Below the pieces are notes generated by a model. It ran no database searches, had not been told where the DNA came from, and saw only the letters and a program-made list of their open reading frames with translations. A stretch of 64,000 bases of DNA from Chloroflexota bacterium (GTDB lineage Bacteria; Chloroflexota; Limnocylindria; Limnocylindrales; CSP1-4), in the NCBI GenBank assembly GCA_021802585.1, contig JAJZRQ010000001.1, positions 11,234 through 75,233 of the forward strand, given 5' to 3'. Of the stretch, positions 29,797 through 40,424 are shown piece after piece. Position numbers and translations under genes: made by a program. Position 1 is the first letter of the stretch. Every line of letters starts with the position of its first letter.

Positions 29797-32700
29797 GCCG
29801 GATCGCGCACGCTCGGCGGGGCCACCCCTCGAGCGGGACCGGCGAAGGCGACGATCCGGGCGGCGACCCGCGCCTCGGTGCGTCGCCGCGCGCGCCGCCA
29901 GCGCACCGCCGCCACGACGGCCCAGCCCACCGCGAGGAGCAGGGCGAGCCCAACGCCGGTGGCGAGCGCGGCGCCGTCGGGCGGCTCCTCGGCGGCCGCG
30001 CCGCCGTCGGAGCGGAGCCCGTCCGCGGCGAGCGAGGCATCCGCGGCCCCGGCCGGGAACCAGCCGGGGCCGCGGTCGGCCGCCGTCGCGTCCCCCGATG
30101 CGGCGGCCTCGAGCGGGAGCGCCTCGCCGAGGTCGCCGAGCCGGACGAGGTCGGCCGCGAGCGCGACCTCGACGCGCGCCCCGGCACCCGCGCCGACGAC
30201 CCGGCCGGTGGCGCCGACCGCGTCGCCCGGCTCGAGGAGCGGGAGGAGGGCGGCTGCATCGCCGACGAGGGCGAGGTCGCCGGTCGCGGTCCCGTCGTCG
30301 AGGCGGACGCGCCCGCCGGCGATCGCAACGACGAGCCCGCCGACGCGGACGCGGCGCCCGCCGAGGCTCGCGATCGCGGAGAGGTCCGCGTCGACGGCCT
30401 CGGCGGCGGTCGCGGGGACGCTCGTCGTGCGGCCGCCGGACGACGGGCCGCCCGTGACCGATCCCCCGCCGGCGGCCGCGGCCGCGGCGCCGCCCGGGCG
30501 GGTCATGATGTCCGCCGGGCCGCGCGGCACCACGGCGAAGCGGCGGTCGGTCGATGCCGGGTGCGGGCGCCGGACGACGCCGACGACGACCACGACGGCG
30601 CCTTCCGCGACCGTCGTCGGGTCGATCGCCGCCCCGGCAAGACCGACGACGACGACCGTCGCGCCCGCCGTGCGGACCTCTGCCCGCCACCGGTCGCCGA
30701 AGCGCCGCAGGTCGACGACGCGGCCCGCGACGCGGACGAGCTCGCCCTCGTCGCCCGGGCCGGGCGCGCCGGAGAGCGCCAGGGCGGCGGGCATCGCCGC
30801 CCGGCCGAGGGGCGTCGCCGTCGCGGCGCGGATGCGCGGCGCTCCGTACGCCGTCCCCATCTCCCCCTCGACCCGCAGCAGGGTGCCCGGAGGCGGTCCC
30901 GTCGTGCCTGCCGGGAGGAGCACCTCGACGGCCGCCGTCGCGTCCTGGACGATCGTCCGCCGTCCGGTCGCGTCGAGGAGGCTCGCGGGGATCGTCACGA
31001 CGCCCTCGACGGCGACACGATCGCCCGGGGCGCGGAGGGCCGCGGCGATCGGGAGGATCGTCGCGCCGGCGGTCGGTCCCGCGGAGGCCGTCGGCGACGG
31101 GGACGGGGACGCCGTCACGACGAGGTCGGCGCCGTCCCGGAGCCAGACCCGGTACCCGTCGAGAGCGCCCTTGCGCGACGCCCGCTGGCCGGCGATCCCG
31201 GTCAGGCGCACCCGCGCCCCGGGTCGCGCGACCGCGGGCTCGATCCCGCTCGCCACCGCCGCGCGGGCGACGAACGGCGCTCCCGTCACGTCGACGAGGC
31301 GCAGGACGAGGTCGCCGCCTGATTCCCGCGCGGTCGCCCGGTCGAGAATCCCGTCGACGACGACGAGCCGCCCTTCGGTCGCCTCCCCGAGCGAGGCGGC
31401 CACCGCGGGGAGTGGCGCCGGCAGGGCGGCCGTGCCGCCGACCGCGACGTCCGCGGCGGCGGGTCGGAGCTCGAGCTGGCCGTACGGCTCGGCGAGCCTC
31501 CCGCTCGCCCGGAGGATCGTGCCGCGGACCGGCCGGGGCGCCCCGTCGGGGAGCCGCACGACGAGCGCGCCGCTCGCGTCCTGGATCGCGATCTGCGGGG
31601 GCAGGTCGAGCGTGCCGGCCTCGGCGGTGACGACGCCCTCGACGGTCACGCGGGCTCCGGAGCCGGCGACGCGAGCCGCCGCGATCGGGACGGGAGCCGG
31701 GCCGGGCGTCGCGGTCGGCGCGGGCGTCGGCGTGGGCGCGGGCGTCGGCGTGGGCGCAGGGGAGGGCGACGGCGACGGGGAGGCGCTCGGGACGGGCGCC
31801 GGGGACGGGGTCGGCGCCGGGGACGGGGACGGGGCGATGGCGAGAGATGCGGCGTCGGCGACGAAGACGCGGTAGCCTTCGGCACCGGTCCCCGACGAAT
31901 CGCGCTGGCCGAGGGGCCCGCTCACCGTCACGCGGTCGCCGCGCCGGAGCACGGGGGGCTCGGCGAAGGCGAGGATCGCCCGGAGGGGGCCGCTCCCGTC
32001 GTCGAGCAGGACCGACACGCCGCTCGCGAGGGGCGACGGCGCCTCGGCGAGCGGCGCCTCGACCCGGACGAGCCGCCCTTCGAGCGCCTCGGATGCGTCG
32101 CCGGTCGAGATCGCGAGCGGCTCCGGCCACGACGCCGCCCCGAGGAGGTCCGGAGGCCCGTCGAGGCGGATCGTCCGCTGGCCGTAGCGATCGTTTACCG
32201 TGCCGGCGGCAAGCGCGAGATGGCCCGCCGGCAGCACGCCGGCCGCGGCGGAGGGGAGGAGGAGGGCGATCCCCGCGGTCGCGTCCTCGAGGAAGCCGCC
32301 GAGCCCGTCCTCGAGGCTGCCGAGTGGCACCGTCAGGACTCCCCGGACGAGGACGCGCGTGCCGTCGGGCGCAGCCCGGGCGACGGCCACGTCGACGGCG
32401 GCAGGGGCGGGCGTGGTGGTCGGGGTCGGCGACGGCGTGGGGTCGGGCGACGGCGTGGGGTCGGGCGACGGCGTGGGGTCGGGCGACGGCGTGGGGGCGG
32501 GCGACGGCGTGGGGGCGGGCGTCGCGGTCGGGGTCGGCGACGGCGTGGGCTCGGGCGTCGGCGTGGGCGCGGGCGTCGGCGTCGGGGTGGGTCCGGGGGT
32601 CGGGGCCGGCGTCGGAGCCGGTGCGGGCGTCGCCGAAGGACCCGGAGCCGGGGCCGGGGCGCTCGCGAGGGGCTGGGGGACCGGGGCCGTCGTCACCGCC

Positions 32701-33290
32701 CAGTCGGTCGCGTTGTCGTTCGTGTCGGCGGTGTTCCCGGCGGTGCCACCGGGACGGCGCTCGATCGAGCTCCCGGCCGCCGGCGCGGGGGCTGCGGCGC
32801 CCTCGACCCACGCGTTCGCCGCGTCTCCCCACCCGACGGCGTCGACGACGACGCCGTCGAGCCTCCGCAGGACGACGACGCCGCCCGTCGCGGCGAGCCC
32901 GCCGCTGTAGGTCGCGTCTGCGACGGCCGCGTGGATGCCGAGTGCGTTCGCGACGAGGAGGTGCCGCCCGGGCTCGAGGACGAGTGGCGCCGCCCAGGTG
33001 GCCTTCCGCGTGACCGTCGCCCCCGACGCGGTCACGTAGACGAGCTCGTGACCGCCGAGGTCGAGCGCGCCCGGGCTGCCGTTCGTGATCTCGACGTACT
33101 CGTCCGACGCTGACGCGCCACCGGTGACGACCTCCGCGACGAGAAGGGCAGCGGACGGTGGCCAGCCGACGGCGGCGACGCGCTCCAGGGGCGGCGCCGC
33201 CCCGACGGGCTCGCGTGCGGCGGGGACGCTGGTCAGGCCGGCGAGCAGGACGACGAACGCCCCGATGACGGCGCTCCGTGGCGCGCGCAT
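29793..33290 (-). CDS. surface-anchored lamin-tail-domain / multi-OB-fold protein
   Basis: Signal peptide; LTD ([36 protein letters not shown]); PT/PS linkers; repeated IAAAR...VTVEGVVT and EGRLVRV modules; C-terminal TM plus Arg cluster; GGAGG SD. Confidence 0.8.
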   Translation of the reverse strand: MRAPRSAVIGAFVVLLAGLTSVPAAREPVGAAPPLERVAAVGWPPSAALLVAEVVTGGASASDEYVEITNGSPGALDLGGHELVYVTASGATVTRKATWAAPLVLEPGRHLLVANALGIHAAVADATYSGGLAATGGVVVLRRLDGVVVDAVGWGDAANAWVEGAAAPAPAAGSSIERRPGGTAGNTADTNDNATDWAVTTAPVPQPLASAPAPAPGPSATPAPAPTPAPTPGPTPTPTPAPTPTPEPTPSPTPTATPAPTPSPAPTPSPDPTPSPDPTPSPDPTPSPTPTTTPAPAAVDVAVARAAPDGTRVLVRGVLTVPLGSLEDGLGGFLEDATAGIALLLPSAAAGVLPAGHLALAAGTVNDRYGQRTIRLDGPPDLLGAASWPEPLAISTGDASEALEGRLVRVEAPLAEAPSPLASGVSVLLDDGSGPLRAILAFAEPPVLRRGDRVTVSGPLGQRDSSGTGAEGYRVFVADAASLAIAPSPSPAPTPSPAPVPSASPSPSPSPAPTPTPAPTPTPAPTATPGPAPVPIAAARVAGSGARVTVEGVVTAEAGTLDLPPQIAIQDASGALVVRLPDGAPRPVRGTILRASGRLAEPYGQLELRPAAADVAVGGTAALPAPLPAVAASLGEATEGRLVVVDGILDRATARESGGDLVLRLVDVTGAPFVARAAVASGIEPAVARPGARVRLTGIAGQRASRKGALDGYRVWLRDGADLVVTASPSPSPTASAGPTAGATILPIAAALRAPGDRVAVEGVVTIPASLLDATGRRTIVQDATAAVEVLLPAGTTGPPPGTLLRVEGEMGTAYGAPRIRAATATPLGRAAMPAALALSGAPGPGDEGELVRVAGRVVDLRRFGDRWRAEVRTAGATVVVVGLAGAAIDPTTVAEGAVVVVVGVVRRPHPASTDRRFAVVPRGPADIMTRPGGAAAAAAGGGSVTGGPSSGGRTTSVPATAAEAVDADLSAIASLGGRRVRVGGLVVAIAGGRVRLDDGTATGDLALVGDAAALLPLLEPGDAVGATGRVVGAGAGARVEVALAADLVRLGDLGEALPLEAAASGDATAADRGPGWFPAGAADASLAADGLRSDGGAAAEEPPDGAALATGVGLALLLAVGWAVVAAVRWRRARRRTEARVAARIVAFAGPARGVAPPSVRDPA
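32428..32517. repeat. five tandem 18-bp repeats encoding (A/D)PTPSP linker
   Basis: GGCGACGGCGTGGGG(T/G)CG x5. Confidence 0.85.
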
Positions 33291-33577
33291 GGACGACCTC
33301 CGGGCGGGAGCAGCCGGCGGGGCGTGACCCCGAGGGTGTACCACGGGCCGCTCTGGCGCCCCGCATCCGGCGCTCACACGCCGCTGCACGGCCGCTTCGC
33401 CGGCGCTGCACGGCCGCTCACCGCCCGCACGGCAGCTCGCCGCCGCGCCCGCCGGACGCCCGCAGGAGGAGCGCGGTAGCATGCGATCCGCACCGTCGCC
33501 GCCGTACGCGCCCGCGTGCCGCCGCACGCCGCGGCGCTCCGCCGACCCTCACGATCGTCCATGCCCGAGGAGGACCC

Positions 33578-34273
33578 GTGGCCCGAGCCAAGAAGACCGA
33601 GCGCGCGGAAGCCCGTCGCCGCTACCGTGAGGCCACGGAGGGCGTCGCGGAGGGGCCCGACGACGGGCTCGAGGCTCCCGCCGTCTCGGCCGCGGCCCTG
33701 CCCCGCGAGTACCGCGACCGCCGCCTGCCGGCCGCCGCGGCCCCCCCGGCCCCCACCGGGCGACCGGGGCTCGTCGCGACGCTTCGCGACGCCGCCGGGG
33801 GCGTCGACCTCCGGGGTGATCTCCGCGCGTTCCCGTCACTCGTCGTCCGCTCGAAGGCGGCGATCATCCCGCTGATCGCCATCGTGGCGACGGCGGCCGC
33901 CATCCTCATCCCCTCGGTCGGCTCGAACCAGTTCGTCGCGCTCGCGGGGAACGTTCTCCTCCAGCCACCGCCGATGATCATCGCGTTCCTCGCGGGGATG
34001 CTCGCCCCGCGCGCCGCCTGGCTCTTCGGCGGGGTCACGAGCCTCCTCGCCGGCCTCGCCTGGATCGTCGTGATCTGGGCGACGACGGACGTCCAGGTCA
34101 CGCCGCTCGGGTTCACGTACGTCGTGTCGGCCGCCCAGAAGCTCGCCTACGCCCAGAACGTGCTCATCACTGCCCCGGTGTTCGGCGTGGCGGTGGGGGC
34201 GTTCGCCGGCTTCTACCGGCGCTTCCTCAACCTCTCCACGCCCCAGCGCCAGCCGGGCGGACGTCGCCGCTGA
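33578..34273 (+). CDS. hypothetical membrane protein
   Basis: GAGGAGG SD plus GTG; MARAKKTERAEARRRY..., about 4 TM helices. Confidence 0.75.
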   Translation: MARAKKTERAEARRRYREATEGVAEGPDDGLEAPAVSAAALPREYRDRRLPAAAAPPAPTGRPGLVATLRDAAGGVDLRGDLRAFPSLVVRSKAAIIPLIAIVATAAAILIPSVGSNQFVALAGNVLLQPPPMIIAFLAGMLAPRAAWLFGGVTSLLAGLAWIVVIWATTDVQVTPLGFTYVVSAAQKLAYAQNVLITAPVFGVAVGAFAGFYRRFLNLSTPQRQPGGRRR

Positions 34274-34329
34274 CCCGCTGACCCGCTGACCGTCGCTCGG
34301 CGGGCCGCGGACGGCGCGCAGCGTTCCGG

Positions 34330-37300
34330 TCACCCGGTGCGGCGCGTCCCCGCGTAGCCGAGCTGGCGGACCCCGTCCGGCCGGTCCGGCCCGCCCGAGC
34401 GGCGCGCCTCGTCGACGAGCGGCCGGATGTCGCGGGCAACGACGTTCACGACGCTCGACTCGCGCTGGAGCGTGCCCTCGACGAAGAGGAGCGCGTTGCG
34501 ACGGACGACTCCGCGGAGGCGTCCCCAGGCATCCGGCCAGAGGGTGACGTTCACCATCCCGGTCTCGTCCTCCAGGGCGAGGAAGACGGTGCCGCGCGCC
34601 GTCATCGGGTGCTGCCGGGTCACCACGAGGCCCCCGAGGCGGACGGGACCCGGGGGCTGCTCGGCGAGCGACGCGCTCGTCGCGGCCCCCAGCCGTTCGA
34701 GGGCCGGCCGGAAGAGGGCGACGACCTGGCGCCGCGCGTCGAGCGAGAGAATCGCGTACGCGTCGCCGAGCCGCTCGAGCTCGGAAAGTGGCGGGAGGTC
34801 CGGGGCGGGCGTCGCCGGCAGGCGGAGGTCGAGCGGCCGTCCCGCAACACGCCCGCCGCCCCTCGGGGTCCCCCGGACCGGGCGGGCCGTCTCCCGCAGC
34901 TGCCAGAGGAGCTCGCGGCGCGGCCGCCCGAGGGAGTCGAGCGCGCCGGCACGGATGAGCCGCTCGACGACCTCCTCGGGGAACCCCGTCCGCTCGACGA
35001 TGTCGGCGAGGGACGCGTACGGGCCGCGGGCCCGTTCCGCGTCGAGGTGGGCGGCATGCTCCTCGCCGATCCCCTTCACGAGATGGAGGCCGAGGCGGAC
35101 CCCCCAGCCGACCGCGCTCTCCGCGGCCCAGCGATCCCGCGCCGCGCCGCCCGGCATCATGCAGGCCGGCGAGCGCACCGGGCGGGGACGGGCCGGGATC
35201 CCCGCGCCTGCCGGCAGGGGCTCGCCCGCATCGCGGTCGCGACGGCCGTCGTCGCCGACGGCTCCCGCGAGCGCCCAGCCGGGGCGGCCGACCCACTCGG
35301 TCGTCGTGCGGTACGACGACGCGTTGAGGTCGACCGGCAGGACGGCGACCCCGTGCCGCTTCGCGTCGTTCACGAGGACCTCGACGGGGTAGAAGCCCAT
35401 CGGCTGGGCGTTGACGAGCCCGACGAGGAACTGGGCCGGGTAGAAGAGCTTGAGGAAGGACGACTCGTACGCGGTCCGGGCGAAGGCCGCGGCGTGGCTC
35501 TTCGCGAAGCCGAAGCTGGCGAAGCCGGCGACCCGCCGGTAGAGCTCCTCGGCGTCCTCCCGGGACATCCCCTGGACCGTGACGCAGCCGTCGACGAAGC
35601 GACCGTGGAGCTTCTCCATCTCCGCCGGCGAGCGCCAGGTCCCCATCGCCCGCCGAAAGCCGTCCGATTCGGCCGGCGTGAAGCCGGCGACCTCGATCGC
35701 GATCCGCATGACCTGCTCCTGGTAGAGGATCACGCCGAGCGAATCCCGGAGGACCGGCTCGAGCGAGGGATGGAGGTACGTCACCGGCTCGAGCCCCTGC
35801 TTCCGGCGGAGGTAGGGGTGGACCGCGTTGCCCTGGATCGGGCCCGGCCGGATGATCGCGACCTCCACGACGAGGTCGTCGAGGCAGGCTGGCCGGGATT
35901 TCGGGAGCGTCTGCATCTGGGCTCGACTCTCGACCTGGAAGACCCCGACCGTGTCGGCCGCGCGGAGCATCGCGAAGACCTCCGGGACCTCCTCGGGGAT
36001 CCGGTCGAGGTCGACGCAGACGGCGCAGTCGTGCTCGATCAGCTGGACGGTCTCGTCGATCGCGGCGAGCATCCCGAGCCCGAGGAGGTCGAGCTTGATG
36101 AGCTTGAGAGTCTCGATGTCGCGCTTGTCGAACTGGACGACGACCCGGCCGGGCATCGCCGCCCGCTCGAGGGGCGCGATGTCGACGAGCGGGGCCGCGG
36201 TCACGAGCATCCCCCCGGTGTGGATCGAGAGGTGGCGCGGGAAGCCGTCGAGGCGGGCGCAGAGCTCGAGCCAGCGTTCCCACGGCGACATCCCGACGGT
36301 GCTTCCCCCGCGGGGCGCTGGCGGTGGCTCGGGCTCGAGCCGGGCGACCGAGGAGCGGGGGGCCCGGCCATCGCGCCCCGGCCCGACGACCGGCGGGGGC
36401 GGCGGGACGTCGAAGGGGCGCGGCCGGCCGAGCCGGTCGACGGCACGCGCCGGCGGCGCGAGGACGCCCGACTCCGCGTCGATCTCCCGGCCGTCGATCG
36501 TGCCCGGCGGCCCCGTGGGGCGGCGGGGCGGCCCGGCGCCCGGCCCGAACGTGTGGCCCGGGACCGGTCCCGCCGCCGTCACGGCGGGCGTCCCGCCGCG
36601 GACGATCCAGGCGACGCTCGCCGGGGAGTCGCCGGGGCCGCCCTCGTCGTCCGAGCGACCGCCCGACCGGATCGCCGGGGCGGAGCCCGTCCCCGGCAGG
36701 AGCCCGGTGCTGCGCGCGACGTCCTCCGGATGCGCCCGGGGGCGGTCGAGCCGCCCCATCCGGTCGACGAGCCCGCGATCGCCGGCACGCGCCGCCGCGG
36801 CCTCGCCCTCGCGGTCCTCGCCGGGGCGGTGGAAGAACTCGGCGAAGCCGCCGTCCGCCTCGAGGTCGCGTCGGACCATCACCGAGTCGTACGTCTCGAG
36901 CGCCTTCGCCACGCGGTCGACGAGCGGGCGCGGGAAGCCGAGCGCATGGCCGACCTCGCGGACGGCGCTCCGGGCCCGGTACGTCACGAGGTTGCAGACC
37001 ATTCCCGTGTGCTCGCCCCCGTAGCGCCCGTAGACGTACTGGATCACCTCCTCGCGGCGCTCCGAGCTGAAGTCGATGTCGACGTCGGGATACGTCGTGC
37101 GGCCCTCGTTGATGAACCGCTCGAAGAGGAGGTTGTGGCGGATCGGGTCGACCCGGGTGATCCCCAGCACGTACGCGACGATCGAGTCGGCGGCGCTGCC
37201 CCGACCCTGGGCGGGGATCCGGCGCTCCTTCGCGAAGCGCATGAGGTCCCAGCAGATGAGGAAGAACTCGGCGAGGCCCGTGCGCTCGATGACGTCGAGC

Positions 37301-38508
37301 TCGTGGGCGAGCTGCCTCACGACGGCGGGCGTGACCGGGTGGTAGCGCCTCCGGACGCCGCCGTGGCAGAGCTCCGCGAGGTACGAGAAGGCCGTCTCGC
37401 CGGACGGGACCGGGAACCCCGGAAAGCGGTACCGCTCGAAGCCGAGGTCGACCCGGCAGGCGGCCGCCAGCTCCCCCGCGTTGCCGATCCCCTCGTGCCA
37501 CGCCGCCGCGGTCGCCGCGTCGGCGGCCGCGTCCCCCGGCGGCAGGGCGGCGAGCTGGGGGCCCGGCTTCAGGAAGTGCTCCCCGCTCGGCGTCCGCAGA
37601 TCGGCGAGCGTCTCGACCGTCCGCCCGTGGCGGATCGCGGTGAGGACGTCGTGGAGCTCCCGGTCCGCGGGACGGGCGTAGCGGACGTCGTTCGTCACGA
37701 CGACCGGGAGGCCGAGCTCGCGGGCGAGCCGGGCGGTCTCGGCGACGAGCCAGTCGTCGCCCGGCAGGAGATGGTGGGAGAGCTCGAGGAAGAGCCCGGC
37801 CCGGGCAGTGTCGGAGCCGCGCCGCTCGCCACCTGGCGGAGCGAAGAGGCGGGCGTAGCCCTCGGCCGCGGCGCGCGCGCCCGCGCGATCGCCGGCGAGG
37901 AGGCGCCGGGCGATCTCCCCGTGACGACAGCCCGAGAGGGCGACGAGCCCCTCCACGTGCCCGGCGAGGAGCGCCTGCGTCACCCGCGGCGCCGCCTTCG
38001 TGCCCGCCAGGTTCGCCCGCGACAGGAGGCGGCAGAGGCTCCGGTAGCCTGTCCCGTCGCGGGCGAGCAGGACGAGGTGCGGACCACGCTCCCCCGCCCC
38101 GACGCCGCGGTGGTCCTCGCGGACCGGCTCGCGGTGCCCCGGCAGCCGGGCGCGCTCCGGCCGGGGGCGCGCGGGGAGGCCGGCCCGGGGCCCGGGAGGC
38201 GGATCCCCGCCCGGGGCGGGTCGGCCCCTCGTCCGCGGCGGCCGCCGCGCCGGGATCACGAGCCCGTGGGGGTCCGGGGCCGCGGCGTCCACGAGCTCGA
38301 CCTCGACGCCGACGACCGGGTGGAGCCCCGCCTCCTCGGCCGCCGACGTGAAGCGGACGACACCGTAGAGCCCCTGCCGGTCGGTGACCGCGAGCGCGGA
38401 GAGGCCGAGCTCGACGGCCCGCTCGACGAGGTCGGCCGGCGGGGAGGCGCCGTCGAGGAACGAGAAGTTCGTGTGCGCGTGGAGCTCGGCATAGGCCGAC
38501 GCGGGCAT
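34330..38508 (-). CDS. dnaE2: error-prone DNA polymerase DnaE2 (ImuC)
   Basis: YAELHAHTNFSFLDGAS (PHP), GRGSAADS, LLFERF, YPDVDIDF, FPRHLSIHTGG, GVFQVESRAQ, FGFAKSHA, NAQPMGFY, RQHPMTARGTVFLALEDETG. Confidence 0.95.
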   Translation of the reverse strand: MPASAYAELHAHTNFSFLDGASPPADLVERAVELGLSALAVTDRQGLYGVVRFTSAAEEAGLHPVVGVEVELVDAAAPDPHGLVIPARRPPRTRGRPAPGGDPPPGPRAGLPARPRPERARLPGHREPVREDHRGVGAGERGPHLVLLARDGTGYRSLCRLLSRANLAGTKAAPRVTQALLAGHVEGLVALSGCRHGEIARRLLAGDRAGARAAAEGYARLFAPPGGERRGSDTARAGLFLELSHHLLPGDDWLVAETARLARELGLPVVVTNDVRYARPADRELHDVLTAIRHGRTVETLADLRTPSGEHFLKPGPQLAALPPGDAAADAATAAAWHEGIGNAGELAAACRVDLGFERYRFPGFPVPSGETAFSYLAELCHGGVRRRYHPVTPAVVRQLAHELDVIERTGLAEFFLICWDLMRFAKERRIPAQGRGSAADSIVAYVLGITRVDPIRHNLLFERFINEGRTTYPDVDIDFSSERREEVIQYVYGRYGGEHTGMVCNLVTYRARSAVREVGHALGFPRPLVDRVAKALETYDSVMVRRDLEADGGFAEFFHRPGEDREGEAAAARAGDRGLVDRMGRLDRPRAHPEDVARSTGLLPGTGSAPAIRSGGRSDDEGGPGDSPASVAWIVRGGTPAVTAAGPVPGHTFGPGAGPPRRPTGPPGTIDGREIDAESGVLAPPARAVDRLGRPRPFDVPPPPPVVGPGRDGRAPRSSVARLEPEPPPAPRGGSTVGMSPWERWLELCARLDGFPRHLSIHTGGMLVTAAPLVDIAPLERAAMPGRVVVQFDKRDIETLKLIKLDLLGLGMLAAIDETVQLIEHDCAVCVDLDRIPEEVPEVFAMLRAADTVGVFQVESRAQMQTLPKSRPACLDDLVVEVAIIRPGPIQGNAVHPYLRRKQGLEPVTYLHPSLEPVLRDSLGVILYQEQVMRIAIEVAGFTPAESDGFRRAMGTWRSPAEMEKLHGRFVDGCVTVQGMSREDAEELYRRVAGFASFGFAKSHAAAFARTAYESSFLKLFYPAQFLVGLVNAQPMGFYPVEVLVNDAKRHGVAVLPVDLNASSYRTTTEWVGRPGWALAGAVGDDGRRDRDAGEPLPAGAGIPARPRPVRSPACMMPGGAARDRWAAESAVGWGVRLGLHLVKGIGEEHAAHLDAERARGPYASLADIVERTGFPEEVVERLIRAGALDSLGRPRRELLWQLRETARPVRGTPRGGGRVAGRPLDLRLPATPAPDLPPLSELERLGDAYAILSLDARRQVVALFRPALERLGAATSASLAEQPPGPVRLGGLVVTRQHPMTARGTVFLALEDETGMVNVTLWPDAWGRLRGVVRRNALLFVEGTLQRESSVVNVVARDIRPLVDEARRSGGPDRPDGVRQLGYAGTRRTG

Positions 38509-38563
38509 GGCACGGACCGGGCGAGGGACGGCGGCACGGCCGTCACGGTGGCGGGGCAGTGCA

Positions 38564-38593
38564 AAGATAGAACAGCTGTTCGCATTGTGTCAA
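38564..38593 (-). promoter_or_regulatory. dnaE2 promoter with LexA (SOS) box
   Basis: TTGACA (38588-38593), 18 bp, TATCTT (38564-38569); GAAC-AGCT-GTTC at 38570-38581. Confidence 0.88.
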
Positions 38594-38685
38594 GGCCGAC
38601 GGCCTCGCCGCGCGCCGTCGGCGCCGGGACGCGAATCCCTCCCCGCCCCGCAACAAACCCGGGGTCCGCGACGTCTCAGGGGACG

Positions 38686-38811
38686 ATGCGCGCGTTCTTC
38701 GTCAGCACCCGCTCGGTTCTCCCGACGATCCTCCTCGTCGTCGCGGCGAGCGCGCTCGTCCTCGTCGTCCTCCCCGCGGTCCTCGCGGCCGCCGGCCGGG
38801 CGACCGCCTGA
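38686..38811 (+). CDS. small hydrophobic protein (41 aa)
   Basis: MRAFFVSTRSVLPTILLVVAASALVLVVLPAVLAAAGRATA; GC3-biased codons, AGGGGA upstream. Confidence 0.5.
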   Translation: MRAFFVSTRSVLPTILLVVAASALVLVVLPAVLAAAGRATA

Positions 38812-38923
38812 CCGAACCCTCCGCGCCGCTCCCGTCACTGGGGACCAGGAGCGGCGGCCTCCTCCGGGCCCCGTCGCCCCGCCGCGACGGGGCCCGCTGG
38901 ATTCCTGGGCTACCATCAGCGGC

Positions 38924-39445
38924 ATGCCGCGCCGCGCGACACCGCTCCTCCTTGCCGCCGTCGTGGCGATCGTCGTCGCCGCCTGCAGCGGCACGATCGC
39001 GACGCCCGTCCCGACGGCCTCGCCGGGCGCGTCGGAGCCCACGCCCGCCGGACCGACGTCCGTGCCGGGCGGCAGCGCGGCGACACCGCCCGCGACGTCC
39101 GGCACGTTCACGACCGCCTGGGGCACGGCCCGCGAGGCCGTCCCGCCGGGGTTCCCCGTCCCGCCCGGCGGGCGACCGGCCGACCCGTCCGATCCCGTCG
39201 CGGGACCAGTGTCGGGGGCGTGGGTCGTCGAGGGGAGCCCCGCCGAGGTGGCGCAGGCGATGGAGGCCCGGCTCGACGCCGCCGGCTACCGGACAGCGGC
39301 GATCGACGGGCCGAACGAGGACGGCGGCCTCGTGATCAGCTCCGCGGGCCCGGATCCCGCGTGCCGGGTCCAGACGACAGTCCGACCGCTCGGCGGCATG
39401 ACGATCGTGGAAGTCCTCTTCGGGGCCGCCTGCCCGTTCGGCTGA
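38924..39445 (+). CDS. putative lipoprotein
   Basis: Lipobox VVAAC, Pro/Thr linker, C-terminal domain with 2 Cys. Confidence 0.75.
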   Translation: MPRRATPLLLAAVVAIVVAACSGTIATPVPTASPGASEPTPAGPTSVPGGSAATPPATSGTFTTAWGTAREAVPPGFPVPPGGRPADPSDPVAGPVSGAWVVEGSPAEVAQAMEARLDAAGYRTAAIDGPNEDGGLVISSAGPDPACRVQTTVRPLGGMTIVEVLFGAACPFG

Positions 39446-39583
39446 GGCGCGCCCGACGGGCCGTCGTGAAGGCAGCATCACGACCGCGCTACTCTGGCAC
39501 GCGCGGCCGTGCGGTGGCGGGCCCCCCGGGGGACGGGCGGGCAAGCAGGCTGGACCGGGGGACCCGGGCAAGGAGGCAGGACG

Positions 39584-39721
39584 ATGAACCCGACCCCGCG
39601 CGAATGGCTGGGAGCCGGCATCCTGGCGGTCGTCCTCGTGCTCCTCGTCCTCGTCCTCGTCGTGGCCGCGGTGCCCGCCGCCGGCGAGGCCGGCAACGCC
39701 CTGCGGGCGGCCCTCGGCTAG
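39584..39721 (+). CDS. small single-TM protein (45 aa)
   Basis: AAGGAGG SD; MNPTPREWLGAGILAVVLVLLVLVLVVAAVP... Confidence 0.55.
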   Translation: MNPTPREWLGAGILAVVLVLLVLVLVVAAVPAAGEAGNALRAALG

Positions 39722-40359
39722 GTCCCGCCGCGCCCGGCTCCGCCGCCCGGCTCCGCGGCGGCCCCGGAGGCCGCGGGCGGCTCGGCGAAGGCCGCGGGCG
39801 GCTCGGCGAGGGCTCCGGTGAGCGTCTCGATCCCGTAGCGGAACGCGCGCTCGACGTCGCCGCCGAGCCCGAACCCGCCGGCGAGCTCCATGCTCGTGAA
39901 GCCGTGCACGTACGCCGTGAGGAGCCGTGCCGCGTCGAGCGCGCGGCCGGGGCCGACGAGCCGCGCGCACGCGTCGAGGAGCGGCGCGACGGCCATCGCC
40001 GCGAGGTCGGCGGAGGGGCGGTCGGCGCCCGCGAACGGCCCGAAGAGATACCGGTAGGCGTTCGGCGCGCGACGGGCCCAGGCGCGGAAGGCGACGGCCA
40101 TCGCTCGGACGTCGGCCGCCGGGTCGCCGGTGCGCGCCGCGTCCCCGAGGACGAGCCCGATCTCGAGAGTGGCGCTCTCCGAGACGGCGCGCAGGAGCGC
40201 GGCCCGGCCCGCGACATGCTTGTAGAGCGAGGGAGCCCGCACGCCGACCCGGTCCGCGACGGCCCGCATCGTGACGGCCTCGGGGCCGCCCGCCTCGAGC
40301 AGGTCGCAGGCGGCCGCGAGGATCGCCGTATCGGTCGTACGCGCCGGGGCAGGGCTCAT
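39718..40359 (-). CDS. TetR/AcrR family regulator (WHG-type C-terminal domain)
   Basis: TMRAVADRVGVRAPSLYKHV HTH; AYVHGFTSMELAG. Confidence 0.9.
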   Translation of the reverse strand: MSPAPARTTDTAILAAACDLLEAGGPEAVTMRAVADRVGVRAPSLYKHVAGRAALLRAVSESATLEIGLVLGDAARTGDPAADVRAMAVAFRAWARRAPNAYRYLFGPFAGADRPSADLAAMAVAPLLDACARLVGPGRALDAARLLTAYVHGFTSMELAGGFGLGGDVERAFRYGIETLTGALAEPPAAFAEPPAASGAAAEPGGGAGRGGT

Positions 40360-40369
40360 CGGTCGAGTA

Positions 40370-40424
40370 TAGGCTATTGACAGTAGCCTACAAGGCCCGG
40401 CATGATGGCTACGAACAGTAGCCA
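40370..40424. promoter_or_regulatory. two TetR operator palindromes overlapping divergent promoters
   Basis: TAGGCTA-TTGACAG-TAGCCTA (40370-40390) and TGGCTA-CGAACAG-TAGCCA (40406-40424). Confidence 0.8.

Noticed and set aside
32428..32517. Tandem 18-bp repeats as a CRISPR array
   Set aside because: No spacers, in-frame Pro-Thr linker, no cas genes; no CRISPR array seen anywhere in the window.
33300..33540. Shared CGCATGCT / TGC(A/G)GGCGTCCG words upstream of the LTD gene and comEA as a competence regulon motif
   Set aside because: Short, GC-rich and differently spaced; cannot be told from chance by eye.
34268..34291. CGCTGACC x3 between convergent genes
   Set aside because: Short slippage repeat starting at the stop codon; no evidence of function.
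36290..36830. Intein in dnaE2
   Set aside because: No C/S start with HN-C/S/T end and no LAGLIDADG motifs; low complexity.
39584..39721. Flp pilin call for the small TM ORFs
   Set aside because: No G/xxxxEY prepilin motif and no tad genes nearby.
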